A stretch of 19,200 bases of DNA from positions 1 to 19,200 of the forward strand of contig JBCDEZ010000030.1 in NCBI GenBank assembly GCA_039179045.1. The letters are read 5' to 3'. Shown one piece after another: positions 1 through 7,815 of this stretch. The notes below the pieces were generated by a model. It searched no databases. It saw only the letters and a list, made by a program, of their open reading frames with translations, and had not been told where the DNA came from. Positions within the stretch are counted from its first letter, which is position 1; every line of letters starts with the position of its first letter. The position numbers and the translations under genes were made by a program. The stretch comes from Chlamydiota bacterium. GTDB lineage: Bacteria > Chlamydiota > Chlamydiia > Chlamydiales > SM23-39.

Positions 1-234
1 CAAGAAAGGGAAGTCAAGGATTTGGAGAATCCTTCCCATGCACGATAGGTGAGTCGATACTGGATTTTAAGAAGGAGCAGGAGTTGAGTAAGAGGGTGCG
101 TGGTAGAGCTCGGGCCTGCCTCGCATTTTCTTCCGCTTCGCTGGCTGGGATAAGCAGGCTTTATCTATAAAAAAAGTGAGACTCCCTCTTTTTACCAATT
201 TTCGGTTAACTCTTTTCCAATCACATTTTCGCAT
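1..234 (-). pseudogene. IS5-family (IS903-like) transposase, 5' part, frameshifted; runs off the left window edge
   Basis: Manual translation from ATG at 234 gives MRKCDWKRVNRKLVKRGSLTFFIDKACLSQPAKRKKMRGRPELY. After one extra base near position 102 it continues THPLTQLLLLLKIQYRLTYRAWEGFSKSL. This resembles the IS903-type N-terminus (W..YN..L..RGSLTF, RGRP..YS, RL.LR..GF). SD TAAGGAG lies 6 nt upstream. The uncorrected frame stops at TAA 11 codons after the shift. Confidence 0.85.
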
Positions 235-239
235 CAGAA

Positions 240-268
240 GCTCCTTAGATTCTTTATAGATAAGGAGC
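240..268 (-). promoter_or_regulatory. Hairpin that pairs with the transposase Shine-Dalgarno sequence
   Basis: Perfect 8-bp inverted repeat gctcctta (240-247) / taaggagc (261-268) with a 13-nt loop. On the minus strand the 3' arm contains the SD TAAGGAG. Confidence 0.6.
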
Positions 269-288
269 CTCGCCTGTTTATGGGCTTG

Positions 289-397
289 TTATCAAGGTTT
301 TCCTAGAGACTTTTTCAACAACGCCGTCGTATACTGACCTTCTGGGCCTGGCCTTTCTATTTATCAATGTTTTCGTAAAGATTTTTTCAACAACGCC
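289..397. repeat. Two direct 37-bp copies (289-325, 361-397) of an IS terminal-repeat-like sequence
   Basis: ttatcaaggttttcctagagactttttcaacaacgcc versus ttatcaatgttttcgtaaagattttttcaacaacgcc: 33/37 identical, period 72 bp, 35 bp between copies. Confidence 0.9.
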
Positions 398-466
398 TCT
401 TTTCGATTGATTTGCAAGAAAACAGAGAAAAAAGTATTACCTGAAAAGAAACCAAGGGTCATCAAG

Positions 467-3400
467 ATGATGAAAGCCTACCATGTTTTGGTGCTACTTT
501 GTATCAGCTATTTATTCGGAGAAACTTGGAACACAGATGGCCCAGGCCAGTGGAACAATGCCAGCAATTGGACGCCTGCTAGCGTCCCGAACGCAAACAA
601 TGCCATTGCCAATTTTGGTACTATCGCTACAGGCCCCATCGACGTGGCACTGGATGCGAATATTGAGGTAGGCACGATCAACTTTGCGTCTGATTTTAGC
701 TACGCCATTGTAAACGATGCAATCGCTCCGAGCGCTACACTTACCATTGGGAGTGAAATTACCATCGCTTCCAATACACCTCCAACTTCGATTTCTGTTC
801 CCCTTATTTTAGCAAACAACCTGCGCGTTGTGCACAATGCTACATCTACTCTTACATTGTCTGAACTGGGGACAACGGGAAGTGCATTTTCTTTTACTTT
901 GGACGGCGTAGGTGAGGTATCCCTCCAAGGAGACAACAGTTTATTTGCTGGAGACATAGTCTTGCAAAGTGGTGTGCTAGAGATCACCAATAACAATAGT
1001 ATCGGTGTAGGCCAGTTATTTTTGGGAACAATAGGTGCCCCCAGCCCGATTACTCTTACTTCCACCAATGCTCTTTCATTGGCCAATGAGATCACGATGT
1101 TACAAGACACACAAATTTCTGTACCGAGTGGCTCTTTTTTGACGCTTACAGGGGATGTAACGGGGAGCGCTAATTTCACCAAAATAGGCGACGGGACGCT
1201 AGTATTGTCCCCTAGTTCCAATACGAGAACCGGCAATACAATACTGAACAAAGGAACTCTCCAGCTCACCAACACGAACTCTCTAAGCTCAGGAGAGTTA
1301 ACCATACAAGATGGAACGGTCCTAACAAATGCGACCCTCGCGTATTCCAATAGGATCAATGTGGAAAATAGCACTTCCAGCATCCAAGTAGATGCCGGCA
1401 CCCTTACCTTGTCCGGCCCCGTTCTGGGTAGCGGGGAACTGAACAAAATCGGCGCCGGAACCCTCCTGCTTTCCAACAGCAGCAATTTTTTTGGGGGGTT
1501 GAACATACGAGAGGGTACGGTGCTCATCAACACTACGAGTTTAGGCGGCTCGCCGATGGATATCTACAACAACGCGCAATTGACTATCGATTCTCCCAAT
1601 ACTCTTTTGCTATTTGCACCAGTAAATTTTGGATCGGGAGGCGGCACGATTTCTCACGACTCTACAGTAGCATTCATCGCCGAATTTCGTGGGGAGGGAC
1701 TCATCACAAAAACTGGGACTGGTGATCTTAGAGTGCCTGTTGCTGCCACCAATACGGGAGGAGTAGATATCCTGGGGGGGAGAGTGTTAGCTCTTTCGTC
1801 TGCTGGAATTACTCTGGGGCCTGTTACGTTAGCAGATCAAACAAGTTACCTATTTCTCAATACGGATGCGACGATGTCGCAGAGGGTGGCGATTCCAAGC
1901 GGATCGGTATTTCTCGGACCAGGTACGGCGGACAATACCGTGACAATCGATGGTGATATAACCGGCGCTGGTGGGATAGAGCTGGTTGCAGGTACAACCA
2001 TTTTGCGTGGAAACAACAGCTATGGCTCTGGAACAACGGGCATTACGGTGCCAATAGGAACTACTATAGGCATTGGCTCTAATACTGCTTTAGGGAGCCA
2101 AGGTATGTCTTTGGCAGGTGATTTAAGAGGTGTAGCTGACGCTACCTTGACGAATGCGATTGTAGTCTCTTCTAGCAATATTTTTTCTATCGATGATGCA
2201 ACTACTTTAACGTTTGATGGCTCCATTACAGGCACTTCGAACATCACAAAAGAAGGCAGTGGAAGCGCTGTATTCAATGATCCCAATTTTACAGGCTCTA
2301 TCATTGTGAATAACGGATCACTGATTGGAAACGGCAATGCCTCTACCAATCCCACTACGCTCAACGCCGGTCAACTCGGCGGCTCGGGATCTTTTGGAGC
2401 AACTAGAGTGGTCAGTGGAACTCTATTTGGCAATGGCACCTACAACAACCTAGACATCGAAGGAGGCAGGATCGCTCCAGGAAATTCTGTAGGCGTCATT
2501 ACCGTTGTAGGAGACTACACACAAGAGGCTGGCAGTGTGTACGCGGTGGAGATCGATGGGGGCCTCAGCGATCAAATCTTGATTAGTGGTACAGCTACCA
2601 TCAATCCTGGAGCCGTTGTTACAATAGATCAAATCTCAGGAACGATTCCTAAGGGGACTGTGTACGATATCTTGATTGCGGATGGGGGACTCAATCAGTT
2701 GTGGCCTATTCAGCAAATCGATGAGAGTCTTGAGGCTACTTTGACGCTAATCGACGGGACAACAGCTCGACTCATTACAGCCCATTCCGTCATCTTCGCA
2801 GGAAGGGATATCCAAGGAGACAACGCAACTGCAATAACCACCTACTTGAATGAGATAGAAGTCACCGATGATCCTGATCTTCTGTCTATCATTCTGATCA
2901 TGGACTCTTTAGACAACGCGGAGCTCAACGATGCGCTCAATACGCTACACCCATCGCGCTTCGCAGCTTTTGCTCTTACGAACATGGATGATCACCACGG
3001 AGCATTCTCATTATTCACAACTAGGCTTGCACAAAGTAGATCCTGCTTTTTAGAAGGGATAGAAGATAGATCGCACAACTTTTGGATCGCCCCGATGACC
3101 ACGCTTGCGCAAGTAGATCCATTGCAAGACATCCCGGGTTACGATGCGGTTACAGGGGGCTTGGTACTAGGATATGAAGCCCTCCTGCGGGAAGATTTTG
3201 GACTGGGCTTGGCTGCAAGTTACGCATACAGCAGCATCAAGTGGCCAAATGAAGGGGGAAGAAGCAGCGTAAACAAAGGCTGGCTTGGGAGCTACGTAGG
3301 TTACTTTTTGCCACAATTCTCCGTTGATCTAGCTCTACTTGGAGGCATCAGCGATTACAAGGTGAAAAGAGGGATTGTGTTTCCCGGTCTAGATAGAACC

Positions 3401-3904
3401 GCGCGCCACCATCAAGGAGGAGGCTTTTTCGCATCGCATCTTGGGCTCGACCTCGTACCCATAGGACCCGCTGCATGGCTCCATGTATTTTTCGAGATCG
3501 ATTACCACTATCTGCACCAAAATGCCTACCAGGAGACAGGGGCTGGATCTTTGGATCTATCTGTAGGAAAAACAGATTCCCAGTTTCTTCGGCAAGAGCT
3601 GGGGCTTCATTTCCAAAATGCGTTCGGAGAGGAGGACACCTGCTGGCTGCTAGACTACTCTTTTAGCTGGGTCAACAAGCTCCCCTTACAAAACGGCGAG
3701 TATCAGGTACAGTTTTATGACTATATCGATGATCCCGATAATATGACGATCAAAACAATCAATCACTCGATTCACTTCTTTTCCCCTCAGTTGAAGCTCT
3801 CCTATCAAAAAGGGCCGTTTTCTTTTGCTACAGCCTACGAAGGAGAGTTCAACGACCACTACAAAAACCATCTGATTGCTCTCGAGCTATCGATAGGGTG
3901 GTAA
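467..3904 (+). CDS. Type Va autotransporter with passenger-associated beta-strand repeats and C-terminal beta-barrel
   Basis: Probable start ATG 467 or 470 followed by a signal peptide (MMKAYHVLVLLCISYLFG). G/T/N-rich passenger with an N-terminal W.....NW motif and repeated K.G.GTL.L motifs (TKIGDGTLVLS, NKIGAGTLLLS, TKTGTGDL, TKEGSGS). IAPGNSVG junction motif, YQETGAGSLDL barrel motif and terminal Trp. Confidence 0.92.
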   Translation: MMKAYHVLVLLCISYLFGETWNTDGPGQWNNASNWTPASVPNANNAIANFGTIATGPIDVALDANIEVGTINFASDFSYAIVNDAIAPSATLTIGSEITIASNTPPTSISVPLILANNLRVVHNATSTLTLSELGTTGSAFSFTLDGVGEVSLQGDNSLFAGDIVLQSGVLEITNNNSIGVGQLFLGTIGAPSPITLTSTNALSLANEITMLQDTQISVPSGSFLTLTGDVTGSANFTKIGDGTLVLSPSSNTRTGNTILNKGTLQLTNTNSLSSGELTIQDGTVLTNATLAYSNRINVENSTSSIQVDAGTLTLSGPVLGSGELNKIGAGTLLLSNSSNFFGGLNIREGTVLINTTSLGGSPMDIYNNAQLTIDSPNTLLLFAPVNFGSGGGTISHDSTVAFIAEFRGEGLITKTGTGDLRVPVAATNTGGVDILGGRVLALSSAGITLGPVTLADQTSYLFLNTDATMSQRVAIPSGSVFLGPGTADNTVTIDGDITGAGGIELVAGTTILRGNNSYGSGTTGITVPIGTTIGIGSNTALGSQGMSLAGDLRGVADATLTNAIVVSSSNIFSIDDATTLTFDGSITGTSNITKEGSGSAVFNDPNFTGSIIVNNGSLIGNGNASTNPTTLNAGQLGGSGSFGATRVVSGTLFGNGTYNNLDIEGGRIAPGNSVGVITVVGDYTQEAGSVYAVEIDGGLSDQILISGTATINPGAVVTIDQISGTIPKGTVYDILIADGGLNQLWPIQQIDESLEATLTLIDGTTARLITAHSVIFAGRDIQGDNATAITTYLNEIEVTDDPDLLSIILIMDSLDNAELNDALNTLHPSRFAAFALTNMDDHHGAFSLFTTRLAQSRSCFLEGIEDRSHNFWIAPMTTLAQVDPLQDIPGYDAVTGGLVLGYEALLREDFGLGLAASYAYSSIKWPNEGGRSSVNKGWLGSYVGYFLPQFSVDLALLGGISDYKVKRGIVFPGLDRTARHHQGGGFFASHLGLDLVPIGPAAWLHVFFEIDYHYLHQNAYQETGAGSLDLSVGKTDSQFLRQELGLHFQNAFGEEDTCWLLDYSFSWVNKLPLQNGEYQVQFYDYIDDPDNMTIKTINHSIHFFSPQLKLSYQKGPFSFATAYEGEFNDHYKNHLIALELSIGW

Positions 3905-3966
3905 CTAAAAAAGGGCATAAGGTTTTTTCTGCCTCAACTCCCCTTCTCTACTTTAGAGACAAGGCG

Positions 3967-4743
3967 CTACACCCTTTGAAAAGAAGCTCGCGAAAACAGT
4001 CGGTAAGAGACGCCATAGAAGAGGGAGAAAAAAAGAAAAATGATGCAAAACGAGAGCCGCACATCGATCTCTGAAATCGAGAAGAAGCTGTAACGGATCG
4101 CATCGATGTAATAGAACATCGGGTTGAAGTAGACCCATTTTTGCCAAAATGGAGGAAGGTAGTAGACGGGATAAAAGACTCCTCCCAAGTAGATCAAAGG
4201 AAGAAGAATGAACTGACTCATCGCATTGAGCGTCTCAAAAGTGCGTGCAACAATGCCGATCGCAGCCCCAAACACACCGAATGTGTAGCCCGCAATGACG
4301 ATCAAAAGCAGAGATAAAAAGGGATGCGCAGGAACAAGCCAGCTACCCAATGTGTAGAGACAAAACAGCTCTCCCACGAAAAAAACGGCCAGACTGACCA
4401 AAAAAGCGCGCACGCAAGAGGCCAGTCCCATTGCATTGAGAATAACAAAAGAGGTGAGTGGAGAGGTCTTCAAGTCGAGAATATCACCATAGTACTTCGC
4501 AATGATGAGAGAAGAGCAGCTATTCAAGTAGGCATTGTTGATCACACCCATCATCAATAGTCCAGGCAACAAAAACTCGAGGTAATTGAGTGAGAAAAAT
4601 TCCAAAGATTGAGAAAGGCTCGTTCCAAAGATCAGCAGATACAAGCTCGCCGTGACTAATGGAGTCAAGATTGATTGTCCGAGTACCCGAAAAAACCGGT
4701 GGCACTCCCTGCGAAATAGCATGTAAAATGGGATCCCTTTCAT
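3967..4743 (-). CDS. ABC-2 type transporter permease (YadH-like)
   Basis: 258 aa, about 6 hydrophobic segments, motifs RECHRFFRV..QSILTP, YLEFLLPGL, PLIYLGGVFYP and NPMFYYIDAIRY. ATGA overlap with the ATPase stop. Confidence 0.9.
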   Translation of the reverse strand: MKGIPFYMLFRRECHRFFRVLGQSILTPLVTASLYLLIFGTSLSQSLEFFSLNYLEFLLPGLLMMGVINNAYLNSCSSLIIAKYYGDILDLKTSPLTSFVILNAMGLASCVRAFLVSLAVFFVGELFCLYTLGSWLVPAHPFLSLLLIVIAGYTFGVFGAAIGIVARTFETLNAMSQFILLPLIYLGGVFYPVYYLPPFWQKWVYFNPMFYYIDAIRYSFFSISEIDVRLSFCIIFLFFSLFYGVSYRLFSRASFQRV

Positions 4744-5639
4744 GGATTGCCTCCTAAAATATTGCGAAAGGCCTCTTCTAGCGTTCCCTCAGCGATCGTC
4801 AAGTCGTAGATATCTTCGAGGGTTAGGCCACTTTCTTGGAACATACGGGAAAGATCGGTACCTTTAGGCACATCAAGAGTGATGTTCACTCCCTTTTGCT
4901 CTACGAGGTAAGGGCTTTGAAGAGGCTGTTTTTGCTTTTTCAAAACGAGATGGATCTTCCTATGCGTGAGGCGCTCGATCAGCGACTGGGTCGTATCGAG
5001 ACAAAGAAGCCTGCCCGCTCCAATGACACCAATCCGATGGCAGAGCTTTTCTGCCTCTTCTAGATAGTGTGTGGTGAGCAAAATAGTTGTTCCCTCTTCG
5101 TGCAATGCCAAGATCAGGTCCCATAGAGCCTGCCGCAGGTCCACGTCTACCCCCGCTGTTGGTTCATCGAGGAAAAGGAGCTTGGGGCGGTGCAAAAGGG
5201 CTTTTGCAATCATCAGGCGTCTTTTCATCCCACCGCTTAACTGCGAGCAAGGTTTATGGCAGTGCTCTTGCAGACCGAGCTTGTGTAGTAAAAAAGCAAT
5301 CCACTCCTCATTGTCCCAAATTCCGAAAAATCCCGATAAGTAGCGTAGGACCTCAAGCACAGTAAAAAAGCCATTCGAGACGAGCTCCTGTGGAACGATG
5401 CCCATGAGGCGTTTGATTTCGACTGGGCGCTCGACCACATCGAGGCCAAAGACCTCGGCTTTGCCCGCTGTAGCGTTCTCCGTTCCTGCGATGATCGAAA
5501 GGGTCGTTGTCTTACCCGCTCCGTTCGGTCCCAAAAGACCGAAGATCTCTCCCTCCTCTAGGGAGAAGCTCAGCTTGTCGAGAGCGAGCAAAGAGCCGTA
5601 GCATTTCGTCAACTGCGTTACAACGAGAGGAGCGCTCAT
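4740..5639 (-). CDS. ABC transporter ATP-binding protein (YadG-like)
   Basis: Walker A GPNGAGKTT, signature LSGGMKRR, Walker B LLFLDEPT and H-loop TTHY. Start placed at ATG 5639, which overlaps the upstream stop (ATGA). Confidence 0.93.
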   Translation of the reverse strand: MSAPLVVTQLTKCYGSLLALDKLSFSLEEGEIFGLLGPNGAGKTTTLSIIAGTENATAGKAEVFGLDVVERPVEIKRLMGIVPQELVSNGFFTVLEVLRYLSGFFGIWDNEEWIAFLLHKLGLQEHCHKPCSQLSGGMKRRLMIAKALLHRPKLLFLDEPTAGVDVDLRQALWDLILALHEEGTTILLTTHYLEEAEKLCHRIGVIGAGRLLCLDTTQSLIERLTHRKIHLVLKKQKQPLQSPYLVEQKGVNITLDVPKGTDLSRMFQESGLTLEDIYDLTIAEGTLEEAFRNILGGNP

Positions 5640-6733
5640 ATGCCGAGCATCCCCACTACTCGTTCCATCTGTTCTGCGCTCCAATTGGGACGTTGCAAGA
5701 GTTTGAGGTTGTCGTGCACATGCTCTTCATTGCGCATTCCCACAACTACAGAACTCCAAGGCCAAGAAGTGACAAATTGCAAAGCCTGCAAAGAGGGAGA
5801 CAGTTCTTCTGGCATACCTGCAAAGACATGTTTGGGAAGAGAAAGAACGCGCGCTTGCATGAGGGGAGAGGCGATCGTAGCATGGATCGCTTGCTCTTCG
5901 AGGACCTGCACGAGGGACTTTTCCTCGGGCTGGTTCCGGGTCTTGAGCGTTTCTAACATGACCATATTGAACGGAAACTGCACTGCGCGAAAATGGTGTT
6001 TTTCTCCCCCAACACTCTCTGCTAGATGGCAGAGCCTCTCGAGGTGCAAGAGTCCCTTGGTACCCTGCTTTTGACGAAAGCCATTCCAGCTCGCGATGCC
6101 GTAGCGAGCAATTTTCCCTTCGCGCACCTTCTCCTCTAAAAGGGCAAAAGCCGCAGAAATGCGCTCTTCAAACACCTCTTCTCCCGATGCTCGGCAGATA
6201 AGCTCCGGGCCATCGATGTAATAGAGATCGATGCATTCTACTCCCATATTTTCCAAGCTGTGTTCAAGCTCTTCTGCGAGGAATTTGGGAGCAATGGAAT
6301 GGCAGCCTTGCAAAACATCATTTTGCCGCAAAATTCCTCTTTCAACGTACCTAGAGCGGACATAACCTTCGTAGCTATCACTTTCCGCGCTTTCTGGAAT
6401 AAATCCCCCCTTCGAAGAGAGGATCAGCTGATCACGCTCTACACCGAGGCCTCGCAGCTTTTGGAAAACAGACTTGAGGAGTTTCTCACTTCTTTGTTTC
6501 CTGTAGTGTGATGCTGTATCAATCGCGTTGATCCCGTGGGATATGCACAAGACAAGAGCATCCATGTAGTTTTGGTCGGTGGGATCATCTGCAGGACCAA
6601 GGCGCGTACCTACGGAAAGAGCAGAAATTTGCAAGCCGTCGAGATCACGGATCTTGTCAGGGTGGATGTTGTGCTGAGCAAAAAAAGTCTCAGTCCCCTC
6701 CTTAGTTGCCAAGGACCTACGGTTTAATTCCAT
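5636..6733 (-). CDS. Aldo/keto reductase family protein
   Basis: GINAIDTASHY, SSKGG, SLENMGVECIDLYY, GKIARYGIAS, VQFPFN, SPL and VVVGMRNEEHVHDNL are all AKR-type motifs. Confidence 0.88.
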   Translation of the reverse strand: MELNRRSLATKEGTETFFAQHNIHPDKIRDLDGLQISALSVGTRLGPADDPTDQNYMDALVLCISHGINAIDTASHYRKQRSEKLLKSVFQKLRGLGVERDQLILSSKGGFIPESAESDSYEGYVRSRYVERGILRQNDVLQGCHSIAPKFLAEELEHSLENMGVECIDLYYIDGPELICRASGEEVFEERISAAFALLEEKVREGKIARYGIASWNGFRQKQGTKGLLHLERLCHLAESVGGEKHHFRAVQFPFNMVMLETLKTRNQPEEKSLVQVLEEQAIHATIASPLMQARVLSLPKHVFAGMPEELSPSLQALQFVTSWPWSSVVVGMRNEEHVHDNLKLLQRPNWSAEQMERVVGMLGI

Positions 6734-6834
6734 TTTCTTGAAAACCTCATATGAGATCTTGAGTATAATTTTTTACAGATTAACATATAAGAAAAAGGTT
6801 GCATAAAGCCCCATTTTTCAGTACATGAACAGGC

Positions 6835-7815
6835 ATGGAGCTCTTCGAAGATAAGACCCTCACCCGGTCTGTTCTTTTATTGCTTGTCTTCCTTTTATGG
6901 GGAGGATGGGCGCACACATTCAAATGTACGAGAGGATCGCGCTTTGAAATCTACTGCATCGATTTTGTAGTCGGCATCTTGCTTGCAACAGGCGCCTTGT
7001 TTCTCCTAGAGTCAGTCGCCTCATTTCATACGGTAGGGGAGCTTGTAAAAGCATGGAGAGAAACCCGCGTTCTCGTTATCCGCGCTTTTTTTGCAGGGAT
7101 CGTCTTCAATATCGCAAATATTTTTCTGATTGCATCTAGCGCCTTTAGTGGCATTGGAACGACTTTTCTGACCGTTTTTGGAACAGCGCTCATCGTCGAT
7201 CAGGGAATCTACAGCTATTTTTCTTCGGAACACCATGCAGCGATATGGATTGGAAGTAGTTTTTTTCTCTTGCTCTCCATCTTCCCCATCTGCCTTCTAC
7301 AGAAACGCCTCCACTTTTCCGAAGCGAAAAAGGCGATGGGTTTGTCCTGCGTGGCAGGCATCTGCCTCAGCCTTTTTTACCCTCTTTTTGACCGGGCAAT
7401 CGATACTGTCGCTACGCAACGGTTACCTGCGATCATCGCCTGTATCTTTCTTGCTGCAGGGATCACCTTCTCGGGACTTTTCTGCGCACCTATCCTGTGC
7501 AGAAAACCCCTGTTTGGCCACGCTATTGGATTCAGTAGCTACGCGCGCGCGCCTTTTCGCTACCATAAGATGGGAGCTCTCGGAGGCGCACTATGGTTTT
7601 CTGGTCTTTGGATCAAGCTACATGCGGAGAGATCTCCCCATGAGCTAGGCGTTTTTTTTGCCGTGCAGCTAGCTCCTCTTTGCACATTCTTTTTAGGAAT
7701 CTTTGTTTGGAGGGAGATCGCCTCTAGCTGGCAATACAGAAAACTATTTTTGAGCCTCTTTTTCTGCTACTTGCTCGGTGTTTTCCTGATCGCGTATGAC
7801 CGCTACGGGAGCTGA
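6835..7815 (+). CDS. DMT-superfamily transporter, ureide permease / GRP sugar-transporter-like
   Basis: About 10 hydrophobic segments. Motifs [36 protein letters not shown] and LGIFVWRE. Confidence 0.7.
   Translation: MELFEDKTLTRSVLLLLVFLLWGGWAHTFKCTRGSRFEIYCIDFVVGILLATGALFLLESVASFHTVGELVKAWRETRVLVIRAFFAGIVFNIANIFLIASSAFSGIGTTFLTVFGTALIVDQGIYSYFSSEHHAAIWIGSSFFLLLSIFPICLLQKRLHFSEAKKAMGLSCVAGICLSLFYPLFDRAIDTVATQRLPAIIACIFLAAGITFSGLFCAPILCRKPLFGHAIGFSSYARAPFRYHKMGALGGALWFSGLWIKLHAERSPHELGVFFAVQLAPLCTFFLGIFVWREIASSWQYRKLFLSLFFCYLLGVFLIAYDRYGS

Larger units (their letters stand above)
1..325 (-). mobile_element. Left end of an IS5-family (IS903-like) insertion sequence
   Basis: Minus strand from 325 reads GGCGTTGTTGAAAAAGTC, similar to the IS903 terminal IR as I recall it (GGCTTTGTTGAATAAATC). 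It lies about 90 bp upstream of the transposase ATG, in the expected orientation. Confidence 0.8.

Noticed and set aside
289..397. Mini CRISPR array (37-bp repeats, 35-bp spacer)
   Set aside because: The geometry fits, but there are only two copies, no match one period up- or downstream, and no cas genes in the window. The repeat matches an IS903-like end next to a transposase.
407..466. TTG start for the autotransporter
   Set aside because: It adds a charged 20-aa stretch before a normal signal peptide and sits only 10 bp from the IS-like repeat. ATG 467/470 is more plausible.
700..2364. Long antisense ORFs (700-1533, 2020-2364)
   Set aside because: Shadow frames of the autotransporter with no independent motifs.
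3905..3966. Intrinsic terminator after the autotransporter
   Set aside because: Only a weak, interrupted stem with no clear following U-tract.
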